NCBI GenBank assembly: GCA_023213395.1
Contig: CM041465.1
Coordinates: 189,231,741-189,295,740, forward strand
Reading direction: 5' to 3'
Source: Cycas panzhihuaensis
Lineage: Eukaryota > Plantae > Cycadophyta
DNA length: 64,000 bases
Position 1 is the stretch's first letter, and the number at the start of each line of letters is the position of its first letter. Of the stretch, positions 23,655 to 37,200 are shown one piece after another. Under the pieces are notes generated by a model, which saw nothing but the letters and a program-made list of their open reading frames with translations, had not been told where the DNA came from and searched no databases. The translations under genes and the position numbers were made by a program.

Positions 23655-26600
23655 ATGTCTTCATAGTTCAAACATAGTGTAAATTGTATTCTAAAAAGGA
23701 AAGAGAACTAGAATATATGGTTCATTAGCATTAAGAATGCTATCAATTATGAAGGTCTTTGGAGAAATCACTTGCAACTTACACCAATTATTTTTTCCAC
23801 TACTACTACACCTACTCTTAGAGGAACTGCTCTTACTCCTCCTACTAATGCTATACGCAAATGCTAATGGGAAATTGATGATGATAAAATCTTTGTTGGG
23901 ATACTTCTTGTCACTAACTATTCCCTACATAACCTTATTGATGAAGTTATATATAATACTATATGGAAAGTCTTTGAAGTTATCAGGAATAACTTTGATG
24001 CCAAATTGGACTTAGAATTTGTTCACCTAGTGTTAAAGATAAATAAACTAAAGATACAGAAGGGACATGCTTGTGAGATTATCAATCTCCTTTGACCTAT
24101 CAAGCAATCCATTGATAAAGATTTTAAGACTTAATTTATTACATGGGCTTTTTTTATTTAATTATATATCCATATCCTAAATTATAAAAATCTACTTGGA
24201 AGTCTTCAATCCAATGGAATTTTAAAGATTTCAAACTTGGATGCCCTTGCTAACAAGTTCATTGAATTTGATAAGACCTTTGATATAAATTTCTCCACTG
24301 CATCAGATCCTTATAATGTTACTTTTGACATGGAAGAAGCTCTTTTCTATATCAAAAATCAAGGTCCGCCCTCTCACAAAGGTGGTAAATCCTATGGATG
24401 AGAAAGAGGCAGATGATAAGGACATTATCCTCAAGGTCAACAAGCTCCCCAATATCAACAAAGATACCTCAAGGCCAAAATAATAATTAGAGGTAAAATA
24501 ACCAGTCCAATACTTCTTATAAGAATGGCAGTCTAATAATTGTATGTCAAAGGTGTCACAAATAAGGACACCATATCACAACTTATCGAGTTCCTTCCTA
24601 CAAGATTAAGAACTACTAATGTCATGGTGCCTATAATATTGATGATGATTATCTTAAAGATGGTTATTCTAGAACTCAATTTTCTCATGCATACATCCTT
24701 CAGATTAGGGTCTCTTCTTTTCAATATGTTGACCAATCCACCACATTCTTTGAGTCTGATTATGGATTTGCTACTTCTAATATTGAATCACCTCAACCCC
24801 TTAGAGTTACACATATCATTGCATTAAGTAATTCTTCATGGTTTATGGATATTAGAGCTACTCAACACATGACTTGCCACTGCTAATTCTTTCAAGACTT
24901 TACTTCAAAAGTTCATGGTGTTAAGCTTATCAAAGAACTTAGATCCATTTACGTGAAACTCCCAAGCCTTCTAGATTTTATTCTTTAATATATTTTATAT
25001 ATTCATATCTTAAAGTAGAACCTAGTCTCCTTATCCACCCTTATCTCTCATAGATTTGATTTAAATGTAATTGCCAATAATTAAACTCTTTATGTCATTC
25101 ACCCTCCTTCAAATGCTATGATCATAATCAAAATTCTTGATGGCAAACCTTTTTGCCTTGCTAGTTCACCATATTCTAAAGCCAACTATGTTCATGATGA
25201 CTTTACTTTTAATACAACCCTGACTCCTTAAAAGTTGTCCCAAGAATCCTTATGGCATGCTCATATGGGCCATACCAAAATTGGCTACTTGAAAGAACTA
25301 TATGCGACCATTCTAGGTATGTCTATGTTCTTCTCTAAGCCCTTCAAATATAAAGAAGGTATGATTACCAAATCTTAGAGACAACCCTTTCCCTAAAGTT
25401 AGTAGAAATCTAGATAGCCTTTATAGCTTATACATTTAGATATACACAGTCTTATACCCATCCCTTCTCTCAAAGGGAAGTGGTATTATGCCACTTTCAT
25501 TGATAATTTTACTAAGAAAGTATGGGTTTCCTTCCTTAATAAGAAAGTTAAAGCCTTTTATATGTTTAAAAGTTTTAAGGCCCGCATCAAGAATGAATCA
25601 TATTTTTTTATTAAGACATTTAGGACTGATAATAGTGGAAAGTATATATCAAATGAGTTTGAGATATACTTATGTCATCATGAAATTAAATATTAAACTA
25701 TAATTATAGGTACACCTTATTAAGACAGAGTTGCTAAGTGCATGAATAGGACTATTATAAATATGGCTCATGTTATGCTAGTGTATAAGAATGTGTCTAC
25801 CTATCTTTGGGCTAAGGCTATATGGACTACCATGTATTATGTCAATACTATTAGTCTTTATTAGCTAAAACCCTCTGTATATAAATAGTGGTATGGATAG
25901 CCTCCTACTATCTCTTACTTTAAAATTTTTTGCTCTACTTATTATGCTCATGTTTTAGCTAAGAATAGAAACAAGGTATAGGATAGAGCCACGAAAGGCA
26001 TCTTTACTAGATACATTATGGATAATAAGGGATACAAGGTTCTCATACATTTAGAATATAAGATCATTATTACTTGAGATATTATGTTTATAAAAACTGA
26101 GGATTAGTTACTTAGACTTAATTTGAAGATGCTTTTGCATTAATTTAATGATGCTGAAGAATTTGATGTCTAACTTCCAACATTTGTGGGGGGGGGGGGG
26201 GGGGGGGGGAGGAGATGCTCAGTAATTGATAAAAATATTAGAATCTAATAATGGAGATCTAAATATAGAGGAACAAAGTTGTGATAACTAGTTGATGCAT
26301 GTATCATTAACACCATCTACTTCACATCATAGTCAAGTTAACAAAGGAAAACATATTGTAGAAGAATCATCATCATCAACTCCCTTCATACCTTATGGTC
26401 TATTTTAGGATCAAAACAAAGATCACAAGTCTTTACAAATAAAAACATCATTCCCAACTTGTAATATTCATGAAGCCTACCATCTCTAGAAAGATATACA
26501 ACTAGATGAGGTGGGAAAAACTGGCACCATAGGTGCCTTAAGAGCTAGAGTATATGAATCACATATTATAGAGCTTGAACCAAAAGAATTACACCTTGCT

Positions 26601-28151
26601 CTAAATGAAGAGTGTCTTAGGTACCAAGAAGCTATAAAACATATAGTTTGGAGAAATGCTACAAATGAAAAGTATTAGTCTCTAATAAAAAATACTACAT
26701 GGGAGCTCATTGATCTACCTCTTGGGAGAAAGGTAGGTTGAAATAAATGGATGTACAAGAATAAATACAAATCATATGGCACCCTAGACAAATATAAGGC
26801 AAGGCTAGTAGTAAAATTATTTACATAGAAAGAAGCCATTGATTACACTAAAGTGTTTGCACTTATGGCCAAGTGGCCCACAATCAGAATTCCTATGGCC
26901 TTGGCAGCTCAATAAAGCTGGAAAATCAACTAATTAGATGCAAAGACCACTTTTATCAATGAGGACCTTGCAAAGAGATACACATGGAATAACCATAAGG
27001 ATTTGAGATTGTAGGATAAGAGGAAAGGTATGTAGACTCAGAAATTCTCTATGTAGATTGAAACAAGCCCCATGCACTTAGTTCAATAAGTTGTCAAAAT
27101 GGATAAGACAACTTGGATATAAAGTTTGTGACTACCAAGACATTACTGCAACTCTATTCATCAAATAGACTAGAGATAGAGTCACATACCTCATAGTCTT
27201 TATGGATGACATTCTCATAATAGGTAATAATGAGCAAGAAATCTAAACATTGAAAAAGGAACTCACAAAGACATTTGAAATATTTGATCTTAAATTAATG
27301 AGATACTACTTAGGAATTGAAGTGATTCAATAGAATAGAAAAATCTTTCTCACCCAAGAAAAGTACATTAATAATCTTCTAGTAATGTTTTAGTTAAAAG
27401 ATGCATAGACCATGTTTATGCCAATAGAACCAAATGTAAAACTTATAGCAAAGGATAATACCTAAGAGGTAGATGTAATACTTTACAGACATCTAGTTGG
27501 TAGACACATCTATGTTACTAACACAAGGCCTAATATCACCTATTCATGTGGAAATGTTTCTAGATTTCTGACCTATCCTAAGCAAAGTCACTGGTAAGTA
27601 GCAATACGAGTGTTGAAGTACTGAAAGACAACTAGAAAAAATAGCATATTATATGAATTCAATAAAGAGTTTAAGCTTCTTACATACACATACTTATATT
27701 TTACTAGAGATAAAGACATTGGCAGATCCATGTCTAAGTACATGATGTTTCTTAGTATAACACTGATTTCTTAGAAATCAAATTGGTAAAATATTGTATT
27801 AGACTCAACTACAGGAGTTGAATACATTATTGTATCTAAGACTAGTAAATAGGTAATATCACTTAGAAAATTTCTATATATTTTAGATATCACCCATATA
27901 AGTCTTACCATCTTGCATATGGATAATCATTCTATAATCCACATGGAAAAGAATCTTATTTTCATGATCGTAGTAAGTATATCTGTATGAAAGTCCACAT
28001 GATTAGAGAACTTATTTATGATGGAATAATTCAATTAGATCACTACCCTACATTAGACCAAATTATCAATATCTTCATCAAACTGTTGCAGAGGGTGAAA
28101 TTTCAATAGTTCAAGCAACAACTAGGCTTGATAGCCTCCATCTCCACTTGA
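23655..28151 (+). pseudogene. copia gag-pol polyprotein (decayed)
   Basis: Gag N-terminus NIWFISIKNAINYEGLW; zinc knuckle CQRCHK*GHH; protease WFMDIRATQHMT; LWHAHMGH; INT YYATFIDNFTKKVW / LRTDNSGKY; RT KYKARLV, LIVFMDDILIIG; RH DNHSIIH, DQIINIFIK. Confidence 0.93.
26188..26209 (+). repeat. Poly-G tract (22 nt) between INT and RT
   Basis: catttgt(G)22aggagatg. Confidence 0.9.
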
Positions 28152-28537
28152 CTTTAGGAGATGCCACATGTACAATATGATGATGTAATACATTAGAAAG
28201 CCTCTACTCTATCCCATTTGTGAAAACCCCCCATAGGCACAAAGAACAAGGGTTTTCATAGTTTTAGAAAATTAAAATATGTGAAAACCTAAAAGGGAAT
28301 AGGTAATGTCCAAATGGTATTTCTAGACTTAACAAATTTTAGTTGCATATTCATTTAGACTAATCAGTTATTCAGCTTCATTCAAAAGCCACTTGACCTA
28401 AGTGATGAGTTTATAAAGTCTATGGGTTTTCTTTCCCATAAGGGTTTCCCACAAAAGTGTCAAAGTAGTTTTCTTTGTAAGAGGCTCAAATAAATACCTT
28501 ATAGGTTAGAATAACCTTCCACCATTAAGGCGGGGAT

Positions 28538-28844
28538 TAAAGTGAGTTAATGCTACGAGGTTATAGTATTAGTTTATTATTCCTAAAATGATCTTAGGTG
28601 AATATTAAATTATATTACTTAAGTGAAATGCACTTTCTTTGTGCATTATATATAATTTCATCTCAGTAGGAAAAACATCAACCCTAATAGATCTCATTCA
28701 TCAATATATAAAGCAAGATCTCAATGCAGGAAAATAATTCTTACCTCCCCATTGTGGGAACTCTTCTTACTCTCTATCTTTCTCTTGCTCCTCTTCTTTG
28801 CATTTGTGTTTAGTGGTAGAATTGCATGCTAGATCCTCCTTTCA
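28538..28844 (+). repeat. 3' LTR of copia element
   Basis: T(G>A)aagtgagttaatg...gatcctcctttCA, preceded by the PPT and followed by TSD acatg. Confidence 0.95.
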
Positions 28845-29750
28845 ACATGTGAGAGAATTTTTTTTTGAATTAATGATTGCAACATATATATTTATTTCTC
28901 CTTATTAATAAATAAAAATACCCTAATCTAAGGAATGATTAGAAATAATAAAGTTATTTAGCTATAAGCCCTATCATAAGGTACATATTCTTCATCCTAA
29001 TACTTGTAATTTATTTTCTTCATTTTAAGATTTCTTAAATAAGTAAAAAGTGGAAAGAAAAGCAAAGTTAAAGAAGATATTTTATTTATTAATTGTTTGT
29101 TTTATTTATCTCTTCCTTATTTATTTACTTAAATAAGAAAAGAAAAGATAGTTGAAGGATTAGTCAATTAGGTTTGGGGCAAAGAACTTATGATTTCATA
29201 ATTACATCTCTCCCACCCTTTTATTTTTTATTGAATATATCTAAAAGATTAGAGAAAGAAAGTGAAAGAGTAAGCAATAGGAAAAATATAAGTGCAACTC
29301 AAGTACTTAGATCTTCTTTGTCTCTTGTGCTTAATTATGTTTTTTTCTTTTATTATAGATTATCTAAGAAACTCAAAAAGAAAAAGGAAGGAATTGCATT
29401 TACATCTTATATTATTTGATTGGTTGCATATTCATTATATATTAGATTCAAATAAACTAAGAATACATGCTAACTTTACATGTAGGCTTGGCTTATTATT
29501 ATCTAATTTAAGTTGATTATATTTAGACCCATTTCTTACACGTACATAAAAACCATTTGAAACCCTACACTGGTTTAATTCCTTCACTATAGACTTATAA
29601 GTATATAAGATCTCTTCTTAGGGATTGGTTGAAAGGGTTACTCTTTGAGACTAATTACTTTAGTTTTCTTTTCTAATAAATTCACTCTAATGTGATTAAC
29701 ACTAATCCAATAAATTAGAGCCTCAGAAAATTATGTAATTAGGTGAGATA
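28845..29750 (+). repeat. Continuation of the LTR-like repeat split by the copia insertion (left part ~18666-18827)
   Basis: Joins seamlessly with 18720-18827 when compared with the uninterrupted inverted copy at 1-535. Right boundary uncertain. Confidence 0.6.
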
Positions 29751-32700
29751 TTTGGTGGTAGGCCAGGTAGTAATAGAAAAACAAATTATTAAGGTCAAAA
29801 TGAATGCCCTTCAAAGAGATGATATGGCCTAGGTATTATAAGCCAGATTTATTGAATTTACATTTGGATATCTTAGCATAGATTTGATATTAGGTGAGGA
29901 CTTAAAGGATAGTTTCCAAATGTTAGAGATGAAGAGACATGCCAAAGCTATAAATAAGTATATTATCAATATAGTCAATGATAAATTTCTAAATTTAGGG
30001 TAGAAATATCTTGTTGATTAGGTCTTGAAATATAGTTGAGATATTACATAGGCCAAAATCATGATTTGGAATTCAAAGTGATCATGATACATCTAAGATA
30101 CAATCTTATATCAATATTTAAGTGTAATAGGAATTTCATAGTAACTTGATCAAAGATCTAGTTTAAATAATATGGTGGTACCATGGATTTTATCTAATAT
30201 ATTATTAGTCTTTAAGGTTAGAAACTTATTTTTTAGGGTGATTATGTTAAGTTCTTGATGATTAATATATAGTTGAAAGATCCATCCTTTTTATAAACAT
30301 AGATAATAGGAGTGTCATATGGGCTTTTGTTAGGTTGAATGATCCCCATTTTTATTATCTCATTGCTAATTTTTTTAGTTTCATTTCCATGAAAGTAAAA
30401 ATTTTGATAGATCCTAAGATTAATTAGATCATGAGAGGTTTTACGTTAAATGATATAGTAACAAGCATGATTTGGAGGGGGGCTAGTTGGAAGGGGGGGT
30501 AAGATAGATTAGCACTTATTGAGGATGTATTATATGTTTAAGTGGATGTTAATATGGGCTTGGATATTATTAATACATATTATATATCTAACATTACTAT
30601 TTAATTATTTAGATATTTAATTTAGGAAGATGATTTCATTTGGGGGTAGTTGAATACTATGAATTTTATGTGTCTCTCCCATATTATCTTTGAATAGTAT
30701 AATTGGATTACTAAGAGAGTTATTAGTGTTATAAGTTCTAAGAGTTTGGAGCCATTTAATCCCAAGGATAGTGTCCAATCTTTTCTTGGATGGGGCATAG
30801 GAACTTGAGACCAAATAGTATGTGTTAATCTAGGTATACTAATTTTTAATTATTCCTATATAATAAAGAGTATAATATCCTAGTAGGGAGTAGGTGAATC
30901 CTATTTTAGGGATAATATAAAGGTTAAGGTACTTAGGGATATATTGATGAAGTTAAATGATGTGTCATCATTGATTAAAATAGTGATAGAGGTTTTCTAA
31001 AGGGTTCTCTTAACATATAGTGGTTTAGGACAAGAGATAGAGGAGATAATAGATAGAGATATTTCTAGTTTAAGGGTTGGCAAAAGCTCTAGGGATGATT
31101 CTTCCTTAAGTTCTTAGATAGATTCATAGTATTCATTAAGGGAAAATCTAGGTCCAATGGTGAATACCATATGCTTATATTTACAAACTCTACCATGATC
31201 AAGTGTTCATTTCTCTAAGCATTAGATATAGAGACCAATTTCCTTATGTTTATGTACTTTTGCATGTGGTATATAAACTGGACTTAATGAAGGCTCTATT
31301 GATAGGCACTCTACTAAAGGGTATTATGACTCATCTAAATTTGGTCACTAACATTGAAAGTCTACTTATTAAGGACATGGTTACGATGTAGAATCATGAT
31401 GGAAAGTAGGCATTTCATTATAAATTTAGCCCCAATTTCCTTAGCATAGATATGGATTATATTAAATTTGTTGGTGGCAATGTTTTAAGGCACATTTGAA
31501 TGCACTCTTTGCATTTTAACATATGTGCATCAATGATTTTTTATTGATCCAATGATTTATTAACTTAATGCTATGAAGTCTAAAATTCTTTTGTGTATGT
31601 TTATAGAGATGTTATTTACTTCAGTTGAGTGAGCTAACTAAAGAATGATTGGTTCTATGTTTTATCACATCATTCAAAGAAACTTTTATAAAAGGATACC
31701 CATGTTTAATTAGTTAGATACTTGCATTGCTACCACTAAAATCAATGATATTCCTTACCTTCAAAATGGATGGAGGTAAAGGTTAATTAGTCATTAGTCA
31801 ACATGGGATTAAGAGAAAAATAGGACTCCAACTTGCCCATTTAACTCCTTGTAATATCTTTATTAAGATTAAGTTCAAATATTGGTATATTGATTTTCTG
31901 ATAAAATAGTTGTTGATATGATTGTAAGGATGGAGGTGATTGAGGGACACCTATTAAGTTTGAAGTGCTTATTGAGTTAGAAGTGGGTGTGACATTAATT
32001 ATTTAATTAGTGATATTAGACATCTAATTAGTCAACTTTATAGTCTTCTTCATGTATAAATTAGACAACTAAGCAAATTGAGTAGCCATGCCATTCTTGA
32101 GTTGATTGGATAGCTTAGTAGCCATATTATTCCCAACATCATCCTTTAAAGTGGTACATTGAGTCTCCAATTTAGAAAGTCAATATGCTTAAGTGGGTGC
32201 CATCATATGGTTAGATATAAAGTACTAAAAATAAAAGGGGGTTCCAAGAATTAGGGTTCACATGAGATGAAGGGATGTAACAAAATAGGATTAGAATGAC
32301 AAAACAAGCTAGAGTTAAGAAGTGATATAGAAAAATAGTTTTTTTTGTTTTTTTTTTTTTTGGTGGGGGGGGGGGTGGGGAGGAGATGTTTATTGCCCAT
32401 TGGCCCTAAAAAAATTGTAATAATTTTACTTAATTCACTAAGGCAATCACAAGGATCATGTCAAAATGATATAGGTGAGTTTTAAGTATTAAAATTGATC
32501 TATGGAACCTATAGCGTGCCTATATATATCATTTTCCCCTAAATTTTAGGTTGAATCTAACCTAGTGAAAAATGATTAGTGTAACACACTCATTAAATTA
32601 AGATGTATGAAGGATAAAGGTAAATTTAAGTTGTGATTTTTTTTTTTTTTAGTCCAAGCTTCTAGTATAGGTTTCTAAAAAACTAATTTACGTAGAACTG

Positions 32701-34083
32701 GCCCTATAGAGATATAAACCTACAAGTAATTTTTTCTTTTTTCCTCTCTCTCTCTCTCTAACTAGTGATGAAAACCTTAATAGTTTATAGCTAAAGGTTT
32801 ATACATGAAAAAGTTTGTATTAAGGATTGAATAAGTTCACTAGTTACTATTGTTATTATGCTCTATGATATTTGATTATAGTGACTTTATTTCTACCATA
32901 AATTCTATAGGTATCTATTATTATTATTTTTAGTAGTTAATGTTAATACAAAGTAGTATTCTGGTAATAACCTTTCTAAGTAGACTTATGACAAAGGGCT
33001 TACCTAGTTTATAAACCTTTTAATAATACTCAACATAATATCCCAAGGCACTAACTATAGAGGATCACTATAACTACAGTTATAATACTTGTGCTAAGGA
33101 GTTCAAGAGGGGTTGCTTCTTAGCACTAACCATTAACTGGTGTACTATAGGTTTATAGGTGATAAATAGGTTTCCTATTCTATGATAGAGATAGAGTCTA
33201 AAAGTGCCCTCTTATATACCTAAAGGTACATAGAGGCTTACTTCTATGTGTAGGTGTTGTTTAGGCCCTATGTAGGCAGGTAACCTACTTCACTCTATGT
33301 ACTAGTATATCCCCAAGTATGCTTGGTTGAGAATGATAGTGTCATGTATACGTTTTTAACACCACCAAAATAGAGTCTTTATTTAGACTATAGAAAATAA
33401 AATAGTTGTAAAAAGACTTGTTATCTTTCCTTAATCTTTATGATTAATGGGAGAATGGAATAGAGAAAGTACATAAATAGAAAATAGTACTAAATAAGTA
33501 AAATAAGAAAAAGTCAGTTTTAGATTTTTCATCATGGAAAAATAAATTTTCCCATTTTTTTCGCTCCTACTATGTTATACCTTCATAATTATGCCTTGAT
33601 ACTTTAGATGGTTTAGAGAGAAAAGCTCTAATAGCACTTGGGATATTATTACCTTAATATTTTCCATAAATTGAGAAGTTTAGATAGCTTAAAGGACATA
33701 ATATGGTACTGATGGAGTCTCTTTGTTTCAATGAGAATAGAATTATAGATGGACACTCACAGGGACACTAAAAGAAAACCGAAGATGTATTATGGTGTAT
33801 TATCATATATGATCTCAACACTCACATTATATTCAGTGGATCTTAAATAGATAAGAAAGGTCATTTATACAAAACACCATTAGTAGTGTAAGCAATCTCT
33901 AATTCTATTAGCATACATAAGTAGATCATATATAAAAGTTAATAGTTAACACTGATCACCATGTCCCTTGGTTACAAGACTATCAATAAGGTTCTACTAA
34001 TAATAGGTAGTTATATAGTAGTGCACTTCATACTATTGTATTTTATAGTAGTGCAAAAATAGTCATCATGGTATACTACTACA
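29750..34083 (-). mobile_element. 3'-truncated, highly decayed chromovirus (Reina-like), same family as 45750-57597: 5' LTR ~33639-34083, PBS 33625-33636, leader, gag-PR-RT
   Basis: RT FIIDYIDNILIYS...HLETIL*VLT*YQIYAKISKCKF (~29850-29990). Gag MGKLESYFSLNPM...FTSIHFEGK matches ISKLESYFMLNLM...FASIHLDKK at ~50270-50350. Leader at 33205-33260 matches the flanks of the Tork-like insertion. PBS tgctattagagc. Confidence 0.8.
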
Positions 34084-34243
34084 TGGAAGGGATAGTCAGG
34101 TAGACAAAAAGACAAGAACATTATAAGTAGGAGAAAGTATATAATAAAAGACAATAAAACCATAATGATTGACTTACATAAATAATCTAGACTTAGATTT
34201 TCTTGTTGATGAGAATTATATTACTATAAGTAGTTAGAGTAAA

Positions 34244-34255
34244 GCTCTAATACCA
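34244..34255 (-). promoter_or_regulatory. tRNA-Met PBS of a further minus-strand LTR element remnant (its LTR would lie to the right)
   Basis: Reverse complement ccaag-tggtattagagc. Confidence 0.55.
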
Positions 34256-37200
34256 CTTGGTAGAGCACTAGTGAAAACCAAAGATTGTATATGCCAAGAA
34301 GCAAGAAAAGAATTATACTAGTTTGATTAATAACTAATAAAAGTATGAGCATAAGTCCATAAAAAATAATATTTATATTATCTAAAAGGAAATGCACCAA
34401 ATAATACAAGCTTCCCTACCCAAACCCTATTCAAATAATTATTATTTTATTACAAAAGCTTAATAGTAGCATGTAATGCAAACCCAAACCATAAATTTTG
34501 AAATGATTTGAACATTGAGGATACACTATCAAATTTGAAGCATAGTCCCCTTAGCAATAAAAAGATCTGCCCCAAGAAATTTAAACTTATAGAACTAGAT
34601 AAAAAATTACCTTGCCATATACAAACAAAGTGTAGTGCAAGGATCATTCTTTACTAAGGGAAAATAAAGCAACCAAGAAGATAATATATAAATTCTCAAA
34701 GATGTACACATATAGATCTATTAGGAAGGAGATCTAGAGATGCGATTGTTTGTAGGTATAAAAAAAGGGCATTGAAAAATATCTAAATGGTTAAATATAC
34801 TTTAATGATCTAAGCACAACTATCTTATAGGGCCATTCGAATATCTAAGGGCATGGGTAAATTAAAAGTTATAATCAAACCTACCCACCATGGAAGTGAA
34901 CTATTTAAGACAATTACAAGAATAAAACATCCTAGGATTTGAAATTTAGAGTGTAAGTAAGACAAAGATTTGAATGAATGTGAAGAAGGCCCAAGATTTG
35001 GCTTATATGTTAAAGCATAAAGGGTGATAAAGAGTTGTGCCTAAATGGAATAAGAAGAATATTATCAATGTGGAGACTTGTCCTCAAATAGCTTAAGTAG
35101 ATATTGATCTTTTAAGGAGGGCTCAGTTTATTTTAAGCTTACAATCTTTGTGATATTGTATTTCCCTATGTTCAACATTCTACTAAATTACCATGATGCT
35201 TAACATACTTTTATAGCCATAATATTACATATATAAGAGAAGGGAAATTTTGCTAATCACCATGTATGTAGACAAATTAAAGAATAGTACCATAGCTATG
35301 TACATAACTAAATTAGAGAATAATCCCACAATCACTCATATAGCCAAATTAAAGAGAATAATAGAAAATATTTTGAATTTCATAAGGTTATTAGTCAAAA
35401 TGTTAAAATTAAAATATTATTAGAATAATATCCTTTTAATTATTGACCATCTATAAAGCTCCTTGTCTTGTGATAGTGGGTAAATTTTCACATTTAGTTA
35501 TTAGATTTTTATATCAAGAATTATAATTAGGGGGTTGAGTATCATTGCCATTGAGATTCTTGTTGATTAGCAAAGTACTTAAACATGTCAAATAAACATT
35601 TATTATTGTGGTAAAAGGCATCTATCATGTCAAACTTAGTAAGTATCTCAAAAATTTTTATTGAATATTACATCCAAATTTATAAGGCCAAATGATGTCC
35701 AATAGATAGGGAGATAACTATAAACTATTTATTTGAAGAATATTACCAAAAAAAACATTGTATAAAGGAAAGAAAAAGGCCACATGTAAAACAAGAAGTA
35801 CAACACACACAATAGTAAGATATCAAAGAGGGAGAGTTTGTCATTAAGTAGGTTAAAGAGGAATTGGTTGAGGTGTATGAACCAAGTAAGAAGGATTCTA
35901 TATGGAAGTAGGATGAAGAAGTACTAAGTATAAATTTAGAGAAACGCATCAACTCTAATGAAGTAACTACTATGAGTCCAAATCCTATTCTTTCAGTAGT
36001 TTCATTATTTCCCTTAAATTTCCATATTGCATAGCATTAGAAAATTTCACTCAATAAAATCCCATAATATAATCATACCTTAAGGCCCTTAATTATATTA
36101 TTTTCATAAGTAAAATCCTAGTTCCATTGAACACCCTTCACTCATTGCCTTCTTATCACTATAATTTATTGTCTATAAAACCCATAAGGAAAAGACAGCA
36201 TCACAATATCCCTTATCCTCTTCTAAACCCCCAATTTCCTTATTTTTGAGTTTTATTAATGTACATCCCTAATTCAAGGCTTTGTTATTTCTCTCTCTAC
36301 CCTTAACATTATCCTACAACTAATGTTTATATCCTCTATAACTCATCTCACTAATCCCTATATGATAATCTACATACTATGTCCATCTGTCCTTATTAAA
36401 ACCACCCTTTCATAAGGAGTACCTTGCCCTTCTCTCTTACATGTTTCATATAAATCCCTCATTCCCTAAGCTTACTTAACGATCCCATCTTACTAGCCCT
36501 TTATCAACTACACCATCATTTATAATTCTTATACATCTCTTTCATTGGTCCTTGTCACTTACCTATATAAGTTATTCATTGATACCTCTCAACAACAAAC
36601 CTTATAATTTTATCAATCCCTTGTACATGCCACTACCTAATCCTAGCATAACTTATCATTACCCTTCATTTCGCTTGTATCTCATATCTCTCTCCTCAAT
36701 GTGTGTCTATGATGAATTTGCATTATATCATTTGACTACCACTCTTTATTTTTTCTGCATGCAACCCATGCTTATCTCATCTCCTAATCTCATTGGTAAT
36801 TTATAGCCCTCTTATCTCCTTTTTGTACCTACACATCCATATTATTTCTTTACATCTCTCTTTCCCATGTTTAGAATATATTTATCATTGACCCCACTTC
36901 AATCTTCATCTTCTACATCTTTCTTTTTTAAATATATAAAACTATCAATGCCCCTCCTACCTCCTACCTACTTTTCCTAAACAAACTCTTCATATGTTTT
37001 AGCCCTTAATGTTATCCTTAATCCATATTGTTTCAACCATGTATCATCCCTATTTAAATCGCCATTCCTCGCACAGTACCATCATATGCACTTAATCCTT
37101 AAACTTGATCATCATCTTTATCTCTTATCTCTCTAATCTCACATTTCATTATTTGCATATCTTTCTCGGATATTTCATATTTATTCCCTATGTATTAGCT

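Larger units (their letters stand above)
18828..28844 (+). mobile_element. Full-length decayed Ty1/copia retrotransposon with long leader
   Basis: Two ~306-bp LTRs (~85% identical by eye), TSD acata/acatg, tRNA-Met PBS, PPT aaggcggggat (28528-28537), complete gag-PR-INT-RT-RH order. Confidence 0.95.

Noticed and set aside
34900-35750. Possible plus-strand gypsy RT/RH/INT remnants
   Set aside because: Only faint motif echoes; too decayed to support a feature call without a translated search.
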